Shown here: one piece after another, positions 33,208-40,839 of the stretch
Layout: each line of letters opens with the position of its first letter
Position numbering within the stretch: the first letter of the stretch is position 1
Assembly (NCBI GenBank): GCA_964631335.1
Contig: CAZVXD010000003.1
Coordinates: 1-40,839, forward strand
DNA length: 40,839 nt
Reading direction: 5' to 3'
Source: an uncultured bacterium
GTDB taxonomy: Bacteria; Hydrothermota; UBA3072
Notes under the pieces: generated by a model
The model's input: the letters and a program-made list of their open reading frames with translations, nothing else
Told to the model about the DNA's origin: nothing
Database searches by the model: none
Made by a program: the position numbers and the translations under genes

Positions 33208-34605
33208 ATGTTAACTGTCGAGAAAATAGGTGGAGTTTCAATGTCAAAATTCCACGATGTTTTGAAAAATATAATAATCGGTAATCGCAGGAAAGGTAAT
33301 TACTACAACCGGATTTTTGTTGTTTCCGCCTACGAAAATGTTACCAATTGGCTCTTAGAGCATAAGAAAACAGGCGAACCCGGTGTTTACGCTGAATTTA
33401 CGGCATTCAGAGATTACGGTAAAGCTCTTAAGGGCGTTCTCGATAAACTGCTGAAAATAAACAGGATTTTTATAGATATAGGATTGGATCTCGAAGTGGC
33501 GGACGGTTTTATAAAAAACAGAATCGAAGAAGCCAGAAATTACCTGCGAAGCATGTCTAATGTTTTGGCTTCGGGGTATCTTGAAAGAGAGAGTATATTG
33601 CTTGCAGCTCGGGAAGTTTTAGCTTCTATCGGAGAAGCTCATTCGGCTTTCAATTCGGTTAACATTCTTGAAAACAACGATATCAATGCTACCTTTGTGG
33701 ACTTATGCGGTTTTGAAGATTTGGAATTATTAAGTATCGATCAGAGAATACATAAAAAACTAAAAGGAATAAATTTTGCGAAGACTATCGCGGTTGTTAC
33801 CGGATATACTAAGGGAACCGAGGGTATTATGAGAGAATTCGACAGAGGTTATTCGGAAGTTACTTTCAGTAAAGTCGCGGTCGAAGTTGGAGCGTCCGAG
33901 GCGGTAATTCATAAGGAATTTCACCTTTCATCCGCCGATCCGAAAGTAGTGGGAGAAGACAAAGCTATTCCTGTCGGATATACTAATTTCAACGTAGCCG
34001 ATCAGCTGGCCGATATAGGAATGGAAGCGATTCATCCTAAAGCCGCGAAAACCATTGAACTCGCTGGGATACACATAAGGATAAAGAACACTTTTGAACC
34101 GGAGCACGAAGGTACTCTTATTGCCAAAGATTATGTGGGGAAAAAATCACGAGTAGAAGTAATTTCCGGAAGCGATAAAGTCGTAGCTCTAGAAATCCAC
34201 GATCCGTTGATGGTCGGTGAGGTTGGGGCTGATCTTGAATTGATGAAAATATTCAAAGATTACGGAGTGAGTTACATTCTTAAGGCAACCGATGCCAATA
34301 GCATATCTATGGTGATATGGGAAAAAGACTGGTGTAAAGAATTGGAGAAAGAGCTGAAAGAAAAATATTATAGGGTTACGGTTAAGAAAGCAGCGGTTCT
34401 GTGTGTGGTTGGTACCAATATAGCGAGTCCGGGAATTCTTGAAAGGACCACGAAGTTGTTAGCCGAGGAAAAGATAAATGTAGAGTGTGTTTCGCAGTCC
34501 ATGCAGCAGGTAAATATGCAGTTTGTTATAAAAAGAAAAGATTATAACAGAGCCGTCGTCGCCCTGAACGACGCGCTTTGCGTTAAAGCTGGGCTTGGGA
34601 GTTAG
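33208..34605 (+). CDS. Aspartate kinase (monofunctional, with C-terminal ACT domains)
   Basis: 465 aa. N-terminal VEKIGGVSMS (the KFGGTS-type motif), amino-acid kinase fold (VVSAYENVTN, VVTGYTKG), C-terminal ACT-like region (AVLCVVGTNIASPGI). Confidence 0.8.
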   Translation: MLTVEKIGGVSMSKFHDVLKNIIIGNRRKGNYYNRIFVVSAYENVTNWLLEHKKTGEPGVYAEFTAFRDYGKALKGVLDKLLKINRIFIDIGLDLEVADGFIKNRIEEARNYLRSMSNVLASGYLERESILLAAREVLASIGEAHSAFNSVNILENNDINATFVDLCGFEDLELLSIDQRIHKKLKGINFAKTIAVVTGYTKGTEGIMREFDRGYSEVTFSKVAVEVGASEAVIHKEFHLSSADPKVVGEDKAIPVGYTNFNVADQLADIGMEAIHPKAAKTIELAGIHIRIKNTFEPEHEGTLIAKDYVGKKSRVEVISGSDKVVALEIHDPLMVGEVGADLELMKIFKDYGVSYILKATDANSISMVIWEKDWCKELEKELKEKYYRVTVKKAAVLCVVGTNIASPGILERTTKLLAEEKINVECVSQSMQQVNMQFVIKRKDYNRAVVALNDALCVKAGLGS

Positions 34606-34661
34606 TGTTTAACACAGTAGAAATCCTTGATTATAAAACAGAAAAAAGGAGATTGCAATAA

Positions 34662-35876
34662 ATGTCTAAAATAAAAAACATCGGAATTATAACCAGTGGA
34701 GGAGATTGCGGGGGTTTGAATGCAGTTGTACGGGGAGCAGCTTTCATGGCTATGGCAAACGGAATTTCGGCGTATATCATTCCAAATGGATACGCGGGGT
34801 TATATAATCTTATAGATATGGATACGATAGCCAAACTCGACGAGAGAAGAGTAGACACTATTAATGCGACGCTGGCCGGTTCGGAAGCCGGACATTCCAG
34901 AGTAAAGATAAAGAAAATACAGGATGAAAATAAATACAAAAGAATAAAAGAGGGATTGAAAAAATTTGATATCGGCGGGCTGGTTATTTCCGGAGGAGAT
35001 GATACGGGCAGCGTTGTGGTGGACCTTGCCAATCAGGATATTCCCTGTGTTCACGCTCCAAAGACTATGGATCTCGATCTACAGACTTATTCTGTGGGAG
35101 CGGATTCGGCGATCAGCAGAGTTTCCAATTTTGTTTCAGATCTTAAAACTACAGGACAAAGTCACAACAGAATAATGGTGGTCGAAGTGTTTGGTAGATA
35201 TGCGGGACACACCGCGTTCAGAGGTGGTATAGGCGCCGACGCGGATTGTATTTTAATACCGGAAATACCTGTGGATTTCGATGTTGTATATAAACATATG
35301 AAAAAGAATTTTATGAGGAGGATAATCCACAGTGATGTGAACGCGGGTACCTATTCGATTGTCGTTGCCGAGGGAATGAAGAACGCCACAGGAGAGGAAT
35401 TGGTCGACGAGAGTGTCGGAGTGGACGCTTTCGGGCATAAGAAGTTAGCAGGAGCAGGAAGATATGTCCGGAAACAATTGGAAAAAAGACTTAGGGAAGA
35501 CCCTGAAATAAAACAATTTATGAAGGAACAGGGAATGTTCGTTGCCGGGCTGTATGAGTTTCCGGAAGTCCGTGATGTCAAACCGGAGCATCTTGTTCGT
35601 TCCGGGAAATCTTCAGCTTTCGATGTGAACTTTGGTATGGAAGCCGGAGCGGGCGCTGTGATTTTATTGCTTAACGGATTGAGCGGAGTTACCGTTCAGG
35701 ATGTAAAGAAAGGAAAGGTAAGATACCTTCCCACAGAAAAAGCGATAAAAGAGCGTAATGTAGATATGGAAATGGTTTCATTTTACGAGAATCTCGGAAT
35801 CTTTTTCGGAAGAAATCCCGATGGGCGTAAAGCGGAGTTTGCGGAGAATAAAGGCGAAGTAGAACGCCATCTTTAA
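34662..35876 (+). CDS. pfp: 6-phosphofructokinase, predicted pyrophosphate-dependent
   Basis: 404 aa. IGIITSGGDCGGLNAVVRG. GGDDT (Asp in place of the Gly of GGDGS) and PKTMDLD (Lys in place of the Gly of PGTIDND). Both substitutions are associated with PPi use. Confidence 0.8.
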   Translation: MSKIKNIGIITSGGDCGGLNAVVRGAAFMAMANGISAYIIPNGYAGLYNLIDMDTIAKLDERRVDTINATLAGSEAGHSRVKIKKIQDENKYKRIKEGLKKFDIGGLVISGGDDTGSVVVDLANQDIPCVHAPKTMDLDLQTYSVGADSAISRVSNFVSDLKTTGQSHNRIMVVEVFGRYAGHTAFRGGIGADADCILIPEIPVDFDVVYKHMKKNFMRRIIHSDVNAGTYSIVVAEGMKNATGEELVDESVGVDAFGHKKLAGAGRYVRKQLEKRLREDPEIKQFMKEQGMFVAGLYEFPEVRDVKPEHLVRSGKSSAFDVNFGMEAGAGAVILLLNGLSGVTVQDVKKGKVRYLPTEKAIKERNVDMEMVSFYENLGIFFGRNPDGRKAEFAENKGEVERHL

Positions 35877-35903
35877 ATGAAAAGGTATTAAAGGAGGAGA
35901 AAA

Positions 35904-36152
35904 ATGCCAAAAATAATCGTATACTCGACTCCTACCTGTCCTTATTGCAATCTGGTCAAGGACTATTTAAAACAGAAAGGTGTTAAATTTGAAGAGAAGG
36001 ATGTTTCGAAGGATAGAGAGGCTGCAAGGGAAATGATAAAAAAGTCCGGAGAGATGGGAGTGCCTCAAATCGAAATAGACGGAAAAATCATAGTGGGTTT
36101 TAACAGAGATGCTATAGATGAAGAGTTAAGGAGGATAAATGGCGATTTTTGA
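35904..36152 (+). CDS. Glutaredoxin-like (YruB/NrdH-type) small redoxin
   Basis: 82 aa. CPYC active site; GVPQIEIDGKIIVGF. Confidence 0.8.
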   Translation: MPKIIVYSTPTCPYCNLVKDYLKQKGVKFEEKDVSKDREAAREMIKKSGEMGVPQIEIDGKIIVGFNRDAIDEELRRINGDF

Positions 36153-36612
36153 AGCAAAGGAAATATTTAAGTTTGCTATCAGAATTGAAGAAAACGGAGT
36201 GAAATTTTATCGTTATGCGACCACTTTAACGGATGACGAGGGAACAAAAAAGATATTTGGCTATCTCGCCGATGAAGAAGTTAAACATAAAGAAACTTTT
36301 ACCCGGCTTCTTTCAGAAATAACCAGGGATGTGTCTTTTGAAAATTACTCTGATGAGTATTTCGATTATTTGAGGTGTTATGTCGATAATGTGGTTTTTA
36401 ACGAGGAACAGATGGAGAAACAAAAGAACGAAGTTAAAGATGTTCTTTCGGCCATAGAATTCGCGATGCAAAGAGAGCTGGATTCGATTCTTTATTACCA
36501 GGAAGTGAAAAAATTTGTTTCTTCAAACCATGAAGGTTCGATTGAAGAGATAATCGCTGAAGAACGTAAACATTACGCGAAACTGTCGGAGATGAAAAAA
36601 AACCTTAAATAA
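36139..36612 (+). CDS. Ferritin-like / rubrerythrin diiron-domain protein (no rubredoxin domain)
   Basis: 157 aa four-helix-bundle pattern with paired E...ExxH-type ligands (IEENGVKFY, DEEVKHKE, MQRELDS, EERKHYAKL). Confidence 0.65.
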   Translation: MAIFEAKEIFKFAIRIEENGVKFYRYATTLTDDEGTKKIFGYLADEEVKHKETFTRLLSEITRDVSFENYSDEYFDYLRCYVDNVVFNEEQMEKQKNEVKDVLSAIEFAMQRELDSILYYQEVKKFVSSNHEGSIEEIIAEERKHYAKLSEMKKNLK

Positions 36613-36613
36613 T

Positions 36614-37408
36614 TTGATAAAAAAAAGAAGTCTGGTTTCTTTAAAAATTGTTGTTTTGGGTTCGGGAAGTTGTGTCCCCTCTTACAAAAGGTATCCTTCT
36701 TCCTATTTTTTTTATCCTTTTGATTTAAATGAAAACTGGCTGGTCGATATAGGCGAAGGGGCTCTTTTTCGACTGTCGGAAGCGGGAATTTCTTATAGGG
36801 AAATAGATAGAATATTTATAAGCCACACTCATCCCGATCACATCGGGGGGCTGGTACCATTACTACTTGCTTTAAAATATACTCCGGGCTTTAAACGGCA
36901 AAAACCTTTATATATATATGGACCCGAAGATGTAAAAAAATATATTCAAATACATATGGATTATGCCCCATATCTGGAAAGTAATTTTCCAATGGAAATT
37001 ATTTCTCTTTTACCTGATCAAGAAATCAGAATAGGGAAAAGTCTTTTAGAGGCGAAGGAAATGGAGCATTTCAATTCCACGTTGGGTTATAGATGGGATT
37101 TTGGCAAGTTTGTTGTAGTCTACGGAGGCGACGGCGGTTTTTCGGATACACTAATTCAGCTTGCTTCTGAAGCGGATTTTTTAATTCTCGAGAGTTCTTA
37201 TCCCGCGGATAAAACTGTGATCGGGCATTTAACAACAAAGGAGGCTGGTGAAATCGCAAGAAAAGCAAGAGCTAAAAGGTTAATGTTGACCCATTTTTAT
37301 CCTGAAGTCGCTAGTATGAAAGAAGAAGAAATAAAGAAAGAAGCGAAGTCCTCCGGGTACGAAGGAGAAATTATCCTGGCAAAGGATTTAATGGCGCTGC
37401 AGATATAA
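36614..37408 (+). CDS. MBL-fold metallo-hydrolase (RNase Z/BN-like)
   Basis: 264 aa. VVLGSGS, HTHPDH motif (ISHTHPDHIGG), C-terminal LTHF. TTG start. Confidence 0.75.
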   Translation: MIKKRSLVSLKIVVLGSGSCVPSYKRYPSSYFFYPFDLNENWLVDIGEGALFRLSEAGISYREIDRIFISHTHPDHIGGLVPLLLALKYTPGFKRQKPLYIYGPEDVKKYIQIHMDYAPYLESNFPMEIISLLPDQEIRIGKSLLEAKEMEHFNSTLGYRWDFGKFVVVYGGDGGFSDTLIQLASEADFLILESSYPADKTVIGHLTTKEAGEIARKARAKRLMLTHFYPEVASMKEEEIKKEAKSSGYEGEIILAKDLMALQI

Positions 37409-37412
37409 ATTT

Positions 37413-37910
37413 ATGAAGCTATTAGACCGGAAATTGAAACATAATTTATGGAGATATATGTTTCAGAGTTTTCTCGCCACTCTGGCTATTCTTTCGATTC
37501 TTTTATTCCTGGATATATTGAAGCAGACCGCTATAATCGCGTCTCTGGGTGCCACGGCATTTATAGTTTTTACCGCTCCTAAAAGTTATTCTTCGGAAGT
37601 TCGTTCCCTTACAGGAGGATATCTTGTGGGTATTTCATCGGGGATTTTATGTCATTATCTTGCTTTATTATACTGCAACCATTTTACGGATCTTGAAATC
37701 TTATATATCGCCTTTGGTTCTCTGGCGGTCGGTCTTTCTATTTTCCTTATGGTAATTACCGATACAGAGCATCCTCCTGCTTCCGGAATAGCTCTTGGGC
37801 TGGTTATTAATAAATGGAGTTATTTGACGATTATTTTTGTTATCTCCGGCGTGTTGATTTTGTACTTTGCGAAAAAATTGCTGCGATCTTTTCTCGTGGA
37901 CTTACGGTGA
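37413..37910 (+). CDS. HPP family integral membrane protein
   Basis: 165 aa with 4-5 TM segments. Signature TDTEHPPASG. Confidence 0.75.
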   Translation: MKLLDRKLKHNLWRYMFQSFLATLAILSILLFLDILKQTAIIASLGATAFIVFTAPKSYSSEVRSLTGGYLVGISSGILCHYLALLYCNHFTDLEILYIAFGSLAVGLSIFLMVITDTEHPPASGIALGLVINKWSYLTIIFVISGVLILYFAKKLLRSFLVDLR

Positions 37911-37932
37911 AAATCCGAATAGAATAATATCC

Positions 37933-37960
37933 TTGAATTTAAAATATTGTTTATTATATT
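37933..37960 (+). promoter_or_regulatory. Possible promoter of the small-ORF/NTase pair (leaderless geometry)
   Basis: TTGAAT (37933-38), 16 nt, TATATT (37955-60), then 6 nt to ATG 37967. No SD. Confidence 0.3.
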
Positions 37961-37966
37961 TATAAT

Positions 37967-38158
37967 ATGAAAAAGAAAATCTGGATAAAAAAATTCGACT
38001 TTTCCCAATCGGCAGAGGAAGAATTTAAGTATTATTCTTCTTTGACTTCTCGAGAAAAATTGTCTATCATGCAGGAGTTGAGAGAGGAAGAATTAAAGAG
38101 GAAAAATGAGAACGGAGAAGGATTACGAAGAGTTTTTAAATTTATTAAACAAAAATAA
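37967..38158 (+). CDS. Small charged protein, putative partner of the downstream nucleotidyltransferase
   Basis: 63 aa, helical and acidic (FSQSAEEEFKYYSSLTSREKLSIMQELREEE). Its last 53 nt overlap the NTase gene in another frame. Confidence 0.4.
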   Translation: MKKKIWIKKFDFSQSAEEEFKYYSSLTSREKLSIMQELREEELKRKNENGEGLRRVFKFIKQK

Positions 38159-38552
38159 AGTAAAATACGCCATCGTTGGTTCTTTTGCACTCGCTTTATA
38201 TTCAAAGCCACGCTTTACCAAAGATTTAGATATTCTGATCGAGCCTGAAAAAGAAAATATAAAAAGATTAATTAAAGTATTAGAGAAGTTTGGCTTTAAA
38301 AATATAGATATTGAAGAAGAGGATTTAACTAAAAAGAACCAGATATTACAACTTGGTTACGAGCCGGTTCGTTTGGATATACTTACTTCTATTTCCGGTT
38401 GTTCTTTTAGCGAAATATGGAATAATCGAGTAAAAGAGAAATACGGAAAAACAACGGCTAATTTTATAGGGAAAAGAGAACTTATAAAGAGTAAAAAGGC
38501 ATGCGGCAGAAAGCAGGATATTGCCGACCTTGAATTTCTGGAAAAATTTTAG
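38106..38552 (+). CDS. Minimal nucleotidyltransferase-fold protein
   Basis: 148 aa. The pattern G-S-x(10-13)-D-x-D (IVGSFALALYSKPRFTKDLDILIE) is typical of pol-beta-superfamily minimal NTases. Confidence 0.6.
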   Translation: MRTEKDYEEFLNLLNKNKVKYAIVGSFALALYSKPRFTKDLDILIEPEKENIKRLIKVLEKFGFKNIDIEEEDLTKKNQILQLGYEPVRLDILTSISGCSFSEIWNNRVKEKYGKTTANFIGKRELIKSKKACGRKQDIADLEFLEKF

Positions 38553-38637
38553 AGTAAATAGGATAGAAAATCAAAACTATGTAGGTCTGTTCCGGCGAAA
38601 CCAATCCGAGCTCCAGGAGAGAGAAAAGCTATTGAAG

Positions 38638-39780
38638 CTAAACGCCTTCGCCCGAGGTGGCTATTTCGATTAATTTGTCCAGTTTTTTCTCGAGATTAGC
38701 CGGTAATCCGCGAATGCCCTTCTCCAGGAATCCTCTTATCAAAAGGGCTCGCGCGGTTTCTTCATTCAGTCCCCTCGACATCAGGTAGTTTAGTTTTTCT
38801 CCCGCGATTTTTCCGATTGAGGCTTCGTGCGAAAGTTCCGTATCTATAACATTCGCTTTTAACTCGGGTATTGTATACACTGAGCTTTTGTCATCAAGCA
38901 GTAAACCATTGCATTCTGTGTGTCCCTTCGTGTCTTTTTCGTTCCCTTCGATATAGGCTCTGGATATAATATGGCTGTTTTTGGACGCTATTCTGCTTAT
39001 GATTTCACAATTAGCTTTTCTCCCGTTTAGAATCCCTTTGGCTCCCATATCGATCAAAGACCCCGGTTTTCCGTATATGACAGAGCTGAATTTACACACA
39101 GCTCCGTCAGACAGATAGGCAACCGGGTTGCTCTGGATTTTTTTTACCCGGGTTAGAGCTATATAATTGGAAGTAAAAACGGAATCCTTGGCGACATCTA
39201 TAGCCGTTCTGGGATATACTTCGGTTTCCGCTCCCCAATCGTGGATCATGGTATAAGTCAACTGCGCTTTTTCCCGTATAAACATTTCGGTAATGGCAAT
39301 ATGGCTTCCTAAACTTACCATATTTCCCGTTGCGCACCCGGTTATAATATTTAATTCCGAATGCGGTTCAAGAACAATAATATTATGGAGGACCTGTTTG
39401 AATCCCTGATTGTGAAGAAAAAAACAGGATTGGAAAGGCGCTTCGATTTTAGCTCCTTCCTTAACGTATATGAAACTGCCCAGCAATTCCTTTTGCTGAG
39501 AAACTTCTTGTGTATACTCATCCTGTTCCCTGTCTACCAGAGAAAACATCAAATCTTTTGCCCAGTCGTAAACCTCGATAGCGAAAGAAATAGGCATTAC
39601 TATAAGATTTTCCTCGTTCGAGGAGGACTCTTCGGTATTATCGTCGGCAACGAGAAAAGTCCCGGACCTTTTTGTTTTTCCTGTTAAATCGAAACCGACC
39701 CTATTTAAGCCGGCAATCTCTGCTTCTAAATTTTCGTCAAGCTTTTTCATCTTTTCGAGCCTCTCTGATACACCTTTCAA
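38638..39780 (-). CDS. sufB: SufB/SufD-family Fe-S cluster assembly scaffold (short form)
   Basis: 380 aa. Beta-helix core and C-terminal LSHEASIGKIAGEKLNYLMSRGLNEETARALLIRGF, typical of SufB/SufD. An alternative start (MKKLDENL) lies at 39750. Confidence 0.8.
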   Translation of the reverse strand: MKGVSERLEKMKKLDENLEAEIAGLNRVGFDLTGKTKRSGTFLVADDNTEESSSNEENLIVMPISFAIEVYDWAKDLMFSLVDREQDEYTQEVSQQKELLGSFIYVKEGAKIEAPFQSCFFLHNQGFKQVLHNIIVLEPHSELNIITGCATGNMVSLGSHIAITEMFIREKAQLTYTMIHDWGAETEVYPRTAIDVAKDSVFTSNYIALTRVKKIQSNPVAYLSDGAVCKFSSVIYGKPGSLIDMGAKGILNGRKANCEIISRIASKNSHIISRAYIEGNEKDTKGHTECNGLLLDDKSSVYTIPELKANVIDTELSHEASIGKIAGEKLNYLMSRGLNEETARALLIRGFLEKGIRGLPANLEKKLDKLIEIATSGEGV

Positions 39781-40504
39781 ATCCGAATTTCTTTACCTGG
39801 TCGAAAATATCGAGTGGTGAACCACAACAAAGAACTTTACCGTCTACAATAACGTATCCCTTATCCGCGTGTAACTCCTCGAGGATCATTCCCGAATGAG
39901 TAACAATTATACCGCTGTTTTTTCTTTCCCTTATAGGTTTATCTTTTTGAAGTAGTTTTCTGATTGTTTTTACCATCAGTTTTATGCTGTCCACATCTAC
40001 TCCGGAATCGGGCTCGTCGAGCATTATAAGCTGGGGAGACTGAGCTAAAAGCTGTAAAAGTTCGTCTTTACGTCTCTCTCCCCCGGAAAAGCCAACATTA
40101 ATTTCTCTCTCTAAATAATCTTCCATACCAGTTTTTCTTGCAATTTCTTCGGGATCTATTTCTTCAGGAGTCATGGCTTTTAAAAGAACTCCAAGAGAGA
40201 CTCCTTCTACCACAGGAGGATGTTGAAAGCCCAGACCTATACCGGCTTTTGCTCTTGCTGTAAGGTCCCAACCCAGAATAGAATCACCTTTAAAAAGGAT
40301 ATCTCCTTTAACGACTTTATATTCCGGCAACCCCATAATGGCGTTTACGAGTGTGGTCTTTCCCGAACCATTCGGACCAAAAACAATGTGAGTTTCTCCT
40401 TCCCTGACGATCATGTCGACTCCGCGAAGCAGAAGTTTTCCCGTTACTTCCACGCTGAGCCTTTTGGTTTCCAATAAAATACCCTTCATTTCCGAATTAG
40501 ACAT
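39737..40504 (-). CDS. sufC: Fe-S cluster assembly ATPase SufC
   Basis: Walker A GPNGSGKTT, ABC signature FSGGERRK, Walker B LIMLDEPDSGVD, H-loop VTHSG. The ORF-track TTG at 40525 lies inside the promoter, so ATG 40504 (or 40489, MKGILLE) is preferred. Confidence 0.9.
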   Translation of the reverse strand: MSNSEMKGILLETKRLSVEVTGKLLLRGVDMIVREGETHIVFGPNGSGKTTLVNAIMGLPEYKVVKGDILFKGDSILGWDLTARAKAGIGLGFQHPPVVEGVSLGVLLKAMTPEEIDPEEIARKTGMEDYLEREINVGFSGGERRKDELLQLLAQSPQLIMLDEPDSGVDVDSIKLMVKTIRKLLQKDKPIRERKNSGIIVTHSGMILEELHADKGYVIVDGKVLCCGSPLDIFDQVKKFGFERCIREARKDEKA

Positions 40505-40513
40505 ATTAAAATA

Positions 40514-40542
40514 ATTGTACCGCAAAAAAAACGGTTGTCAAG
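40514..40542 (-). promoter_or_regulatory. Strong sigma70-like promoter of sufCB
   Basis: Minus strand reads TTGACA (40542-40537), 17 nt, TACAAT (40519-40514), then 9 nt to ATG 40504. Confidence 0.5.
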
Positions 40543-40578
40543 AGCCACATTGTGCCACCCCACTCTCCAAACAACACC

Positions 40579-40739
40579 TTAAGCTATTTGCTATTAGCCT
40601 TTCGCCATTTGCTTTTTTTAAAGCAAATAACCACAATTTTTTAACATTTAGGGCGTATAGATAACACAAGTTTTGCCAACAGCTAAAAGCCAATGGCCAA
40701 AAGCTAAGTCTGAAACAAATTTAACAAATAAAACAAATG
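40579..40739. repeat. In-phase degenerate heptanucleotide tandem arrays
   Basis: ttaagct atttgct attagcc tttcgcc atttgct tttttta aagcaaa ... gttttgc caacagc taaaagc caatggc caaaagc taagtct gaaacaa atttaac aaataaa acaaatg. The two GC-ending blocks are 13 x 7 nt apart. Confidence 0.7.
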
Positions 40740-40839
40740 AATTTCTAATACCCGTGTACAAAATTTTGAGAGAGTAAGTTCGGGTGTTATTTTTATGCAA
40801 TATGTCACATGTTTTTTCAAAAATAAATGTCCTATTTTT

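Noticed and set aside
34631-35032. 133-aa minus-strand ORF over the start of the phosphofructokinase gene
   Set aside because: It is antisense to the conserved PFK N-terminus. Its Ser/Pro/Ile-rich, membrane-like appearance is a compositional artefact of the opposite strand.
40505-40525. TTG-initiated N-terminal extension of sufC given in the ORF track
   Set aside because: The TTG and the following codons coincide with the TACAAT -10 element, so they lie upstream of any transcript from that promoter.
1-40839. Search for mobile elements, prophage genes, tRNA/rRNA genes or defence islands
   Set aside because: No transposase, integrase, recombinase, phage structural, restriction-modification or cas-like translation appears in the ORF track. 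No T-loop/acceptor-stem pattern was found in the spacers. The only defence-like candidate is the small-ORF/NTase pair reported above.

Overview
AT-rich bacterial chromosomal segment from a diderm organism (lpxC-fabZ-lpxA are present). It is densely packed with about 47 protein-coding genes. I found no rRNA, tRNA, CRISPR array, transposase or integrase. Housekeeping blocks: metG-ricT-holB-M23-era (minus strand); xseB-ispA-DUF212-dxs-lpxC-fabZ-lpxA-deoC (plus strand); aspartate kinase and a PPi-type phosphofructokinase; a two-gene sufC-sufB unit. Points worth a second look: (1) An OMP / ECF sigma / anti-sigma / Ig-repeat operon. The OMP N-terminus and the anti-sigma C-terminus carry a paralogous domain. 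Two near-identical GGAAC-N18-TCTAA promoter motifs sit in front of the sigma gene and the divergent lipoprotein serpin. (2) A thiol-redox gene string: PDO-like redoxin, a TrxR that lacks the NADPH-binding HRRxxxR motif, a Grx-like protein, a TlpA lipoprotein, an unannotated 46-aa CxxC membrane peptide and a NapH-like membrane polyferredoxin. No CcdA/DsbD is present. (3) A GT2 / YfhO / UPF0104 glycosylation module directly after the lipid A genes. Its GT2 gene is broken by a +1 frameshift in an A8 tract. (4) All long intergenic spacers are built from in-phase degenerate heptanucleotide tandem arrays, and different spacers share sequence modules. (5) A GC-rich, stem-rich island of about 200 nt in an otherwise AT-rich spacer, which is a candidate ncRNA. 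(6) Several sigma70-like promoters lie 6-12 nt from start codons, suggesting leaderless mRNAs. All functional calls come from motif recognition in the supplied translations. No database search was possible.
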